From Gemmatimonadota bacterium (GTDB lineage: Bacteria; Gemmatimonadota; Gemmatimonadetes; Gemmatimonadales; Gemmatimonadaceae), in the NCBI GenBank assembly GCA_031372565.1, contig JANMLN010000003.1, forward strand, positions 1 to 57,760: a stretch of DNA of 57,760 nucleotides, written 5' to 3'. A program made the position numbers and the translations under genes. Under the pieces are notes generated by a model that saw nothing but the letters and a program-made list of their open reading frames with translations, was not told where the DNA came from and searched no databases. This document shows positions 9,323 through 17,540 of the stretch, piece by piece (the first letter of the stretch is position 1; the number at the start of each line of letters is the position of its first letter).

Positions 9323-9784
9323 ATGCCAAAAACCGCCACGTTCGACACCAACAAGGGCACGATCGTCGCCGAGCTGTTCGACAAGGACGCTCCCGGCACC
9401 GTCGCCAACTTCGAGAAGCTCGCGAACTCCAACTTCTACGATGGCGTCAAGTTCCACCGCGTCATCGCCGACTTCGTGGTGCAGGGCGGCGATCCGCTCT
9501 CCCGCGACTTGCCCGCTGGCAATCCGCGCATCGGCACCGGCGGTCCAGGCTGGCAGATCAAGTGCGAAACCAAGGGCAACCCGCAGACGCACAAGGTGGG
9601 CGCCCTCTCCATGGCCCACGCCGGCAAGGACACGGGCGGCAGCCAGTTCTTCATGGTGCTGTCCGAAGACAACACGCGCCACCTGAACGGCGTGCACACC
9701 GTGTTCGGCCAGATCACCACCGGCCTCGACATCATGAAGAAGATCGGCCCGAACGACGTCATGAATTCGGTGCGCGTCAGCTAA
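9323..9784 (+). CDS. Cyclophilin-type peptidyl-prolyl isomerase
   Basis: [34 protein letters not shown] and HTVFG motifs. Confidence 0.96.
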   Translation: MPKTATFDTNKGTIVAELFDKDAPGTVANFEKLANSNFYDGVKFHRVIADFVVQGGDPLSRDLPAGNPRIGTGGPGWQIKCETKGNPQTHKVGALSMAHAGKDTGGSQFFMVLSEDNTRHLNGVHTVFGQITTGLDIMKKIGPNDVMNSVRVS

Positions 9785-9811
9785 CCGCTCCATCCGAGCA
9801 GCAGAGGCACC

Positions 9812-9976
9812 ATGTCGCACTCCGAGCACAATCCGGCCGACAAGCCGGCCGCCCTGATGGGCTTCTTTCTGGGCGCCGTGGCCATTTTCGGCATCGTCGT
9901 TGCCATCACGCTGTGGACCAACAGCCACTACGCCGCAGAAGCCGGCGAGAAGACGACCACCGAAGCGGGTAAGTAG
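9812..9976 (+). CDS. Small single-pass membrane protein (54 aa), below the ORF-track cutoff
   Basis: GAGG RBS; MSHSEHNPADKPAALMGFFLGAVAIFGIVVAITLWTNSHYAAEAGEKTTTEAGK; GC3-rich codons; followed by a terminator. Confidence 0.75.
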   Translation: MSHSEHNPADKPAALMGFFLGAVAIFGIVVAITLWTNSHYAAEAGEKTTTEAGK

Positions 9977-10001
9977 CTAACCACAACAATTACAACGAGA
10001 T

Positions 10002-10028
10002 ACGCCGTCGGTTGACGGCGTTTCTTTT
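10002..10028 (+). terminator. Intrinsic terminator
   Basis: acgccgtc-ggtt-gacggcgt hairpin followed by ttctttt. Confidence 0.75.
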
Positions 10029-10054
10029 GACCTGTATATTACTGACTAGTCAGT
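10012..10054 (+). promoter_or_regulatory. sigma70 promoter plus TetR-type operator
   Basis: TTGACG(10012)-17 bp-TATATT(10035), immediately followed by perfect palindrome ACTGACTAGTCAGT (10041-10054); second copy ACTGACCAGACAGT at 10106-10119. Confidence 0.75.
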
Positions 10055-10120
10055 CACAATGCGTGCTGGCCGGTATCTACTCGACTGATCCGCGGACGCT
10101 TGCTGACTGACCAGACAGTT

Positions 10121-10801
10121 ATGACCATCGCCGACCCCGACAGCGCAACCACCGATCATCGCCGCCGACGCGATCCCGAATCGCGACCGCAGCAGATCCT
10201 CGACGCCGCCCTCGAGGTCTTCGGCGAACACGGGTTCGCGGGCGCGCGCACCGACGACATCGCGACCAAGGCCGGTGTCGCCAAGGGGACGATCTTCCTC
10301 TACTTCCCCACCAAGGACGACCTCTTCAAGGCCGTCGTCCGCCGCGAAATCGTCGCGCGCATCGAGGACGCCGAACAACGGCGCGCCGACGCCGGCGACA
10401 TGTCCGCCCGCGACTTCCTCCGCATCTTCCTCACCAACTACTACGCGACCACGCAGGGCACGCACGCCCTGCGCATGCTGCGCCTCGTCATGGGCGAGCT
10501 GCACAAACACCCCGAGCTCGCGCGCTTCTACGGCACGGAAGTCATCGCGCGCGCCTGGACGCTGCTCAGCTCCGTCGTGCAGCGTGGCATCGAACGCGGT
10601 GAGTTCCGCCCCGTCGATCCGATGCTCGCCGCCCGCTGCATCACCAGCGCCTTCCTCATGCATCGCGCCTGGTCCGAACCGTCGAGCCCCGGCTTTCCCA
10701 TGATCAGTCACATCGACTCCGCACAGCTCGGCAACGATCTCGTGGAGTTCTTCATCGATTCGCTTGCCGCCCACCCGGCGGACCGCTCACATACGCCGTG
10801 A
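10121..10801 (+). CDS. TetR/AcrR family regulator
   Basis: QILDAALEVFGEHGFAGARTDDIATKAGVAKGTIFLYFPTKDDLF HTH. Confidence 0.95.
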   Translation: MTIADPDSATTDHRRRRDPESRPQQILDAALEVFGEHGFAGARTDDIATKAGVAKGTIFLYFPTKDDLFKAVVRREIVARIEDAEQRRADAGDMSARDFLRIFLTNYYATTQGTHALRMLRLVMGELHKHPELARFYGTEVIARAWTLLSSVVQRGIERGEFRPVDPMLAARCITSAFLMHRAWSEPSSPGFPMISHIDSAQLGNDLVEFFIDSLAAHPADRSHTP

Positions 10802-12222
10802 TCACTGCTGCAATGTTGCCCACTGCTTCCGTTCGTGCGACGCGCAGGACGCGCATCACGCACCTCGCCCGCACGCTCACGGCCTGCGCCATCGCGCTCC
10901 CGGCGCTGCTCCGCGCGCAGACGCCGCTCCCGGCGCCGAGCACCCCGTCGCAGCCCGCGGCGCCGCTGTCACCGCCGGTACCGCTCACGCTGGGCGACGC
11001 CGCCCGACTCGCCGCCAGGCAGTCCGCACTTACGCAAGTCGCCAACGCGCGCGCCGACCAGGCCGACGCACGCTACACGCAGCGTCGCGCCGACCTCCTG
11101 CCGTTCATCAACGGCACCGCCCTCGAGGGTGAACGCAACTTCAACTCCGCGTCGTTCGGCGTGTCGTTCCCCGGTGTGCCGCCCGGCGGCACGGTGCTCG
11201 GCCCCGTCAAGAACTTCGACCTGCGCGGCAACCTGCGCATTCCGCTCCTCGACCTTGCCGCATGGGCCAGGACCGGTAGCGCGCGCACCTCCGTCACCGC
11301 CGCGCGTGCCGACGCTGCCAATCAGGCCGACATTGCCGCGACCGCGGGCGCCGTCGCGTACCTGCGTGCCCTCCGCGCCGAAGGGTTCCTGCGCGCCCGC
11401 GCTGCCGACTCGGTGCTGGCCGATGAACTCGTGAACATTGCGCGCGAACAGGTCAAGAGTGGCGTCGGGATCGCACTCGACCTCACGCGCGCGCAGTCGC
11501 AGGCCGCGGGGGCACGCGCGCAGCTCATCGGCGCGCGCTCCGAACGCGACCGATCGCGCCTCGAGCTCTACCGCGCACTTGGGCTGTCGCTCGATGCCCG
11601 CGTCGAGTTCCGCGATTCACTCGGCATGAAGGACACAGCGACCGCGCCCTTCTATCAGGACGCGGTGGTGCAGGCGTTCAAGGTGCGCCCCGATCTCGCA
11701 GCGGCCGTGGCGCAGATCGCCGCCCAGAAGCAGCAGGTGCAGGGGGTGCGCGCCGAGCGGTTGCCGACGGTGAGCCTCGCCGCCGATCAAGGGGTGAATG
11801 GCGCCAACACCGATCGCATGCTCAACACGTATTCGTGGGGATTGCTGGTGAGCATCCCCATCTGGGACGGGTTCAAGCGCGACGGTCGGCAAGCCGAGCA
11901 GGAAGCGCAGCTGCGCGAACTCGAAGCGCGCGAGCGCGACCTGCGCCAGCAGGTGACGGTCGAGGTGCGCAGCGCGCTGCTCGACCACGCGAGCGCGCGC
12001 GAGCAAGCCGATGCGTCGCAGCTGCGCTTGAAGCTCGCCGAGCAGGAACTGTCGGAGGCGCGCGACCGGTTCAAGGCGGGGGTCGCCGGCAATGCCGATG
12101 TCGTGACCGCATCGCTCTCGCTCAACAGCGCGCGCACGCAGTACGTGGACGCGCTCACCTCCTTCGCGGCCGCTCGTGTGCAGCTGGCGCGCGTGCAGGG
12201 CGCCATCGCATCGATTCCGTAG
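10798..12222 (+). CDS. TolC family outer membrane protein
   Basis: OEP repeats; RDRFKAGVAGNADVVTA. Exact start uncertain (GTG 10798 or ATG 10813). Confidence 0.9.
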   Translation: MITAAMLPTASVRATRRTRITHLARTLTACAIALPALLRAQTPLPAPSTPSQPAAPLSPPVPLTLGDAARLAARQSALTQVANARADQADARYTQRRADLLPFINGTALEGERNFNSASFGVSFPGVPPGGTVLGPVKNFDLRGNLRIPLLDLAAWARTGSARTSVTAARADAANQADIAATAGAVAYLRALRAEGFLRARAADSVLADELVNIAREQVKSGVGIALDLTRAQSQAAGARAQLIGARSERDRSRLELYRALGLSLDARVEFRDSLGMKDTATAPFYQDAVVQAFKVRPDLAAAVAQIAAQKQQVQGVRAERLPTVSLAADQGVNGANTDRMLNTYSWGLLVSIPIWDGFKRDGRQAEQEAQLRELEARERDLRQQVTVEVRSALLDHASAREQADASQLRLKLAEQELSEARDRFKAGVAGNADVVTASLSLNSARTQYVDALTSFAAARVQLARVQGAIASIP

Positions 12223-12289
12223 TTGTTCGTGTCTGGCCGACTGTACTCGTCACCTTCGCTTCGCCTCACCGCTTCTCCCGTGCATTGAT

Positions 12290-13453
12290 ATGTCGAGCAC
12301 CATGACTCCCGAGACTTCCGCACCCACGGGCGCTGCAGCTGGTGCGCCTCCCGCCGCTTCGCACGCGGCGCCCGCTGGACCGCCAGGCGCGGGCGTGCCA
12401 ACAGCCGACGCTCCAGCCAGGAAGAACCGCATTCTTCCCGTGCTGCTCCTGCTCGCCGTGATCGGCGGCGGCTGGTTCATCAAGCAGTGGTGGTTCGGCC
12501 GCACACACGAGAGCACGGAGAACGCGCAGGTCGATGGGCACATCGTGCCGGTGCTGGCCAAGGTCGGTGGCTTCGTGACGAGCGTGACCGTGAGCGAGAA
12601 CCAGCGGCTGCCAGCCGGGCAGGTTGTCGTGACGATCGACGACGCCGAGTATCGGGCGAAGTTGGCGCAGGCCGAGGCGGATTATGCCGGTGCGTTGGCC
12701 GCGAGTGGCAACGGGCGCGATGTCGGGCAGGCGCTGGCGTTGGCGGAGCAGGCGACGAGCCAGCGCGCGGTGAACGACGCGCAGGTGACCGCCGCGCGCG
12801 CCAACTACGAACGGGCGCGGAGCGACCTGGCGCGCATGCAGGAGCTCGCGGACAAGCAGATCGTGTCGCGTCAGGCGTTCGACGCGGCCAAGGCCACCGA
12901 AGTGGCGCTCAAGGCGCAGCTGGACGCGGTCGAGCGGCAGGCCGGTGGCGCGACAGCGGGCATCACCGGCGCCCAGGCCGGGGTGCGACTCGCGCAGGCT
13001 CGGCTCGCCGCGGCCAAGGCCGCGCGCGACAACGCCGCGCTGCAGCTGTCGTACACGCGCGTGGTTGTGCCGGCCAGCGGGATCATCGCGCGCAAGCAGA
13101 TCGAGGTGGGGCAGCTCGTGCAGAGCGGACAGGCGCTGTTCAGCGTGGTGGGGGACAGCGACGTGTGGATCGGCGCGAACATGAAGGAGACGCAACTCGC
13201 GCGCGTGAAGGTTGGTCAACAGGTGGAGATCGAGGTGGATGCCTATCCCGGTACCGCGGCGCGTGGCGTGGTGGAGAGTGTGAGCCCCGCAACCGGTGCG
13301 CGGTTTGCGCTGCTGCCGCCCGACAACGCGACCGGGAACTTCACGAAGGTGGTGCAGCGAGTCCCGGTGCGCATTCGCGTGACGGACGGTTTGGGGGCCG
13401 ACAAGCCGCTCCGGCCCGGGATGTCGGCCACCGTGCACATCGACGTGAAGTAA
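12290..13453 (+). CDS. emrA: HlyD/EmrA family secretion adaptor
   Basis: ESTENAQVDG and ATGARFALLPPDNATGNFTKVVQRVPVRI motifs. Confidence 0.93.
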   Translation: MSSTMTPETSAPTGAAAGAPPAASHAAPAGPPGAGVPTADAPARKNRILPVLLLLAVIGGGWFIKQWWFGRTHESTENAQVDGHIVPVLAKVGGFVTSVTVSENQRLPAGQVVVTIDDAEYRAKLAQAEADYAGALAASGNGRDVGQALALAEQATSQRAVNDAQVTAARANYERARSDLARMQELADKQIVSRQAFDAAKATEVALKAQLDAVERQAGGATAGITGAQAGVRLAQARLAAAKAARDNAALQLSYTRVVVPASGIIARKQIEVGQLVQSGQALFSVVGDSDVWIGANMKETQLARVKVGQQVEIEVDAYPGTAARGVVESVSPATGARFALLPPDNATGNFTKVVQRVPVRIRVTDGLGADKPLRPGMSATVHIDVK

Positions 13454-13455
13454 CC

Positions 13456-15105
13456 GTGGCCCATGTCGTCCTGAGCGGAGCGGGAGCAGCCCGCGGAGTC
13501 GAAGGATCCGCTCTCTCCCCCGCCGCCGCCAAGGCCCGCCGCAAAGCCGAGCTCAACGCCGACCCCCGCTACGCCAACCGCTACCTCATCGCCATCGCCG
13601 TCACCATGGCGGCCGTGCTCGAGCTGATCGACACGAGCATCGTCAACGTCGCCATCCCCCACATGATGGGGAATCTGGGCGCCACGCTCGACGAGATCAG
13701 CTGGGTCAGCACCGGCTACATCATCGCGAACGTGATCGTGATCCCGATGTCGTCGTGGCTATCGAACTACTTCGGGCGCAAGCGGTATCTCACCGGCAGC
13801 ATCCTGCTGTTCGTGGTGGCCTCGTTCTTCTGCGGCGCGGCCACGAGTCTTGGCGGGCTCGTGCTCTGGCGCGTGATCCAGGGTCTGGGCGGCGGCGCGC
13901 TGCTGAGCACCGCGCAGAGCACGCTCTTCGAGGCGTTCCCTCCGGAGGAAGTCGGCATCGGCCAGGCCATGTTCGGTGTCGGCGTCATGGTCGGCCCGAC
14001 CATCGGACCCACGCTCGGCGGCTACATCGTCGACAACCTGAGCTGGCCCTGGATCTTCTACATCAACGTGCCGCTGGGTATTCTCGCGGCCGTGATGACC
14101 TGGACCTACGTCAAGAACTCGCGCTTCGGCCAGAAGGCGCAGAGCATCGACGTGCTCGGTATCGTGTTGCTGACACTCGCCGTCGGTGCGCTGCAGTGGA
14201 TGCTCGAGCGCGGTGAGCGGCTCGATTGGTTCGAGAGTCCGTTCATCACGACGCTGGCCGCGGTGAGCGCGACGTCGGCCGCGCTGCTCGTGTGGTGGGA
14301 ACTGCGCGTGCCCGAGCCCGTGATCAACTTCCGCGTGCTCAGGAGCCGGCAGCTGGCCACGGGTGTGTTGTTCGCCGGATCACTGGGGCTCGCGCTGTAC
14401 GGCGCCGTGTTCGTGATCCCCGTGTTTCTGCAGACGTTGCACGGCTACACGGCGCAGCAGACGGGACTGGTGATCCTGCCCGGCGCGATCGCCAGCGCCA
14501 TCACCATGGCGACCATGAGCCGCGCCGTGGGGAAGTTCGACGCGCGCATCAGCATCACGGCCGGCGTCTGCCTGTTCTTCGTCTGCATGCTGTGGATGAG
14601 CGACATGACGCTCGCGAGCGGGTCGGACGAGATGTTCTGGCCGCTGATCATTCGCGGCTTCGCGATGGGGCTGATCTTCGTGCCGCTCACGAACGCGAGC
14701 ATGGCGGAGCTGACGCCACAGCAGATCCCGCAGGGTACGGGCATGTTCAACCTGATGTGCCAGCTCGGCGGATCGCTCGGCATTGCCGTGATCGCGACGC
14801 TGCTCAGTCGCTACACGAAGGAGGCGAAGGCGATCCTGACGACGCACCTGGTGAACGGTGACCCCGCGACGATGGAGCGGTTGAACATGATCACGCGCGG
14901 GCTGGAGTCACGCGGGATCAACGCGCTGCAGGCCAAGCAGCAGGCGCTGGCGTTGATGGATCAGAGCCTGTTCGCGCAGGCGAGCGTGATCTCGTTCTCG
15001 AAGGTGTATTTGTTGAGCGGGACGACGTTTCTCTGCGCGCTGCCGTTGTTGTTGTTCTGGAAGCATGGGCGCGGGCGGAATGCGGTCCGAACGTCGGATC
15101 ACTAG
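13456..15105 (+). CDS. emrB: DHA2 family MFS efflux permease (EmrB/QacA)
   Basis: DTSIVNVAIP, WVSTGY, WRVIQGLGGG, GPTLGG and WIFYINVPLG motifs. Start GTG 13456 inferred. Confidence 0.92.
   Translation: MAHVVLSGAGAARGVEGSALSPAAAKARRKAELNADPRYANRYLIAIAVTMAAVLELIDTSIVNVAIPHMMGNLGATLDEISWVSTGYIIANVIVIPMSSWLSNYFGRKRYLTGSILLFVVASFFCGAATSLGGLVLWRVIQGLGGGALLSTAQSTLFEAFPPEEVGIGQAMFGVGVMVGPTIGPTLGGYIVDNLSWPWIFYINVPLGILAAVMTWTYVKNSRFGQKAQSIDVLGIVLLTLAVGALQWMLERGERLDWFESPFITTLAAVSATSAALLVWWELRVPEPVINFRVLRSRQLATGVLFAGSLGLALYGAVFVIPVFLQTLHGYTAQQTGLVILPGAIASAITMATMSRAVGKFDARISITAGVCLFFVCMLWMSDMTLASGSDEMFWPLIIRGFAMGLIFVPLTNASMAELTPQQIPQGTGMFNLMCQLGGSLGIAVIATLLSRYTKEAKAILTTHLVNGDPATMERLNMITRGLESRGINALQAKQQALALMDQSLFAQASVISFSKVYLLSGTTFLCALPLLLFWKHGRGRNAVRTSDH
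13464..13508 (+). repeat. REP-like variant inside the probable 5' end of emrB
   Basis: tgtcgtcctgagcggagcg-[insert]-gtcgaaggatc shares both halves of the family consensus. Confidence 0.65.
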
Positions 15106-15285
15106 CGACACCCAACTCGTCTGCTCTGGCGCTCCGCGCCACTTTTCACTCGACAGGTCACAGACCTGTCAGACGCTCCCTGACAGAGGCCGCTGCCGTT
15201 TTCCGGCTTCCTCGCCCTCGCGGACGTGCAGCGCAGGCGCCGAAGTGCTACTTTCGCCCCGTCTCTCACACGCCCGGACTCAACG

Positions 15286-16959
15286 ATGGCCCTCCCCAGC
15301 TCCCTCGAAATCGCCCAGGCCGCCACTCCGCGCCTGATCACCGACGTCGCCACTGATCTCGGCATCACCACCGCCGACCTCGACCCGATCGGCAAGTACA
15401 AGGCGAAGGTCCCGCTCACGCTCGCCGAGCGACCGCCCAAGGGACGCCTCATCCTCCTGACCGCGGTCAACCCGACCACCGCCGGCGAAGGCAAGACGAC
15501 CACGACCATCGGCCTCACCCAGGCACTCCGCAAGCTCGGCCACAACGCCGTCGCCTGCCTGCGCGAGCCCTCGCTCGGACCGGTCTTCGGCGTGAAGGGC
15601 GGCGCCACCGGCGGCGGCTATTCGCAAGTGCTCCCCATGGAGGACATCAACCTCCACTTCACCGGCGACTTCCACGCGGTCTCGAGCGCGCACGCGCTCC
15701 TCTCCGCGCTCCTCGATAATCACCTGCACTTCGGCAACACGCTCGGCATCGATCCCGCCGCGATCACGTGGCCGCGCGCGGTCGACATGAATGACCGCGC
15801 CCTCCGTCGCGTCACGGTTGGTCAGGGCGCCAAGGCGAACGGGCCGGAACGAAGCGACCGGTTCGTGATCACGTCGGCGTCGGAGGTCATGGCCATCCTC
15901 GCGCTGTCGAGCTCGCTCGCCGACCTGCAGGCCCGGCTCGCGCGGATCGTCGTCGGCTACACCGCCGGCACCCCACGCAAGCCGATTACCGCCGGCGACC
16001 TCGAAGCCGCGGGCGCGATGGCACTCCTCCTCCGCGACGCGATCCGCCCCAACCTCGTGCAGACGCTCGAGGGCGGCCCCGTGTTCATCCACGCCGGCCC
16101 GTTCGCCAACATCGCCCACGGCTGCAGCTCGATCATCGCCACGCGCACTGCGCTCGGTCTTGCCGACTATGTGCTCACCGAAGCCGGCTTCGGGTCCGAT
16201 CTGGGTGCCGAGAAGTTCTTCGACATCAAGTGCCGACAGGGTGGGCTGAATCCGGAAGCGTGCGTGCTCGTCGCCACGGTGCGCGCGCTCAAGCTCAATG
16301 GCGGCGCCGACGCCAAGACGCTCGCCACCGAGGATCTGGGCGCGCTCGAGCGCGGTCTCCCCAACCTCGCGCGCCACATCGCCAACGTCCGCCAGTTCGG
16401 TGTGCCCGTCGTGGTCGCGGTCAATCGATTCCCCTCCGACACCGACGCCGAACTCGCGCGCGTGCAGGCGTTCGCCACCGAGCATGGCGCTCGGGTGGGC
16501 CTCTCCGAAGTGGTCGTGAAGGGCGGCGCCGGCGGTGAGTCGCTCGCGCGCACACTGCTCGACGTGCTGGCCGAGAAGAAGGCGGCGTACAAGCCGATCT
16601 ACGAGCTCACGCAGTCGCTCAAGTCGAAGATCGAGACGATCGCCACCAAGGTGTATGGCGCCGACGGTGTCGACTACACCGACCAGGCCAACGCCGATCT
16701 CGCGCAGGCCGAGGAAGCGGGCCTTGGCGGACTCGGCGTCTGCATCGCCAAGACGCAGTACTCGTTCACCGACAACCCGAAGGTGTTTGGCGCGCCGACG
16801 GGGTTCCGTATCACGATCACGGGGGCATCGCCGTCTGCGGGTGCGGGCTTCGTCGTCTGTCGCGCGGGCGACATCATGACGATGCCGGGGTTGGGCGCGA
16901 GCCCGGCCGCGGTGCGCATGAAGCTGCTGCCCGATGGCACGGCGGTCGGGTTGTTCTAG
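15286..16959 (+). CDS. fhs: Formate--tetrahydrofolate ligase
   Basis: TAGEGKTTT, LREPSLGP, KGGATGGGYSQV, NLHFTGDFHA, HAGPFANIAHG and TEAGFG motifs. Confidence 0.97.
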   Translation: MALPSSLEIAQAATPRLITDVATDLGITTADLDPIGKYKAKVPLTLAERPPKGRLILLTAVNPTTAGEGKTTTTIGLTQALRKLGHNAVACLREPSLGPVFGVKGGATGGGYSQVLPMEDINLHFTGDFHAVSSAHALLSALLDNHLHFGNTLGIDPAAITWPRAVDMNDRALRRVTVGQGAKANGPERSDRFVITSASEVMAILALSSSLADLQARLARIVVGYTAGTPRKPITAGDLEAAGAMALLLRDAIRPNLVQTLEGGPVFIHAGPFANIAHGCSSIIATRTALGLADYVLTEAGFGSDLGAEKFFDIKCRQGGLNPEACVLVATVRALKLNGGADAKTLATEDLGALERGLPNLARHIANVRQFGVPVVVAVNRFPSDTDAELARVQAFATEHGARVGLSEVVVKGGAGGESLARTLLDVLAEKKAAYKPIYELTQSLKSKIETIATKVYGADGVDYTDQANADLAQAEEAGLGGLGVCIAKTQYSFTDNPKVFGAPTGFRITITGASPSAGAGFVVCRAGDIMTMPGLGASPAAVRMKLLPDGTAVGLF

Positions 16960-16962
16960 CTT

Positions 16963-17041
16963 GTCGGCGTGAGCGAAGCGAAGGACCTGCTTGTGCCTTC
17001 CGACGCACAACAAGCAGGTCCTTTGCTGCGCTCAGGACGAC
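16963..17041. repeat. Full palindromic REP-like element between convergent genes
   Basis: Arms gtcggcgtgagcgaagcgaaggacctgcttgt / acaagcaggtcctttgctgcgctcaggacgac. Confidence 0.92.
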
Positions 17042-17460
17042 TTAGTGCAGAGGTGCCCCATCGCGATATCCGGCAAGCTCCCCTTGATCGGACTCGAGAA
17101 CCCCGGGATCTTGGGCGCGGTCTTCTCGTACACCTTCGACAGCTTCTCGTCGAAGTAGTACGTGTTCTCCTTGACCGCGATCGTCTTCTTGGCGCAGTCG
17201 ACCATGACCACGGTCTTCGACCCCTTGAGCTCGCCTCGGGGCGACTTGACCGGCTTCACGAAGGTCGCGCGTACGGTCGCCGTCACGATGCCGTCCTTGG
17301 CCTTCGACACGCTCTTGGTCAGCACGTAGACCGGGTTGCCGATCATCGTCTTCCCGATCTCGGTCCACTGGGCGCAGGCGGCGCGCAGCGGGAAGAGCGT
17401 CGCGGCTGCGCACAGCGCGAGGGTGAGGTGGGCTGACGTGGATCGTTGTACGGGTGTCAT
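17032..17460 (-). CDS. Small secreted protein, surface-adhesin-E-like
   Basis: Signal peptide, then QWTEIG...VYV...SKTVVMVDC...YFD and a C-terminal Cys. Family call by resemblance. Confidence 0.65.
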   Translation of the reverse strand: MTPVQRSTSAHLTLALCAAATLFPLRAACAQWTEIGKTMIGNPVYVLTKSVSKAKDGIVTATVRATFVKPVKSPRGELKGSKTVVMVDCAKKTIAVKENTYYFDEKLSKVYEKTAPKIPGFSSPIKGSLPDIAMGHLCTKSS

Positions 17461-17480
17461 GGGCAAACTCCTGTCGACAG

Positions 17481-17540
17481 AAGCAGGTCCTTCGCTTCGC
17501 TCAGGACGACAAGCAGGTCCTTCGCTTCGCTCAGGACGAC
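17481..17540. repeat. Two exact tandem 30-bp REP-like half units (reverse orientation)
   Basis: aagcaggtccttcgcttcgctcaggacgac x2, directly after the stop at 17541. Confidence 0.95.

Noticed and set aside
12487..13455. 872-aa ORF suggesting a long N-terminal extension of emrB
   Set aside because: The extension overlaps emrA in another frame and is Arg/Gly-rich noise.
15106..15285. ZTP or THF riboswitch upstream of fhs
   Set aside because: A hairpin (gacaggtc/gacctgtc) exists, but I could not match conserved riboswitch motifs; an Rfam scan would settle it.
15286..16959. fhs as evidence of a Wood-Ljungdahl pathway
   Set aside because: Fhs is widespread in C1 metabolism and no acs/cooS genes are in the window.
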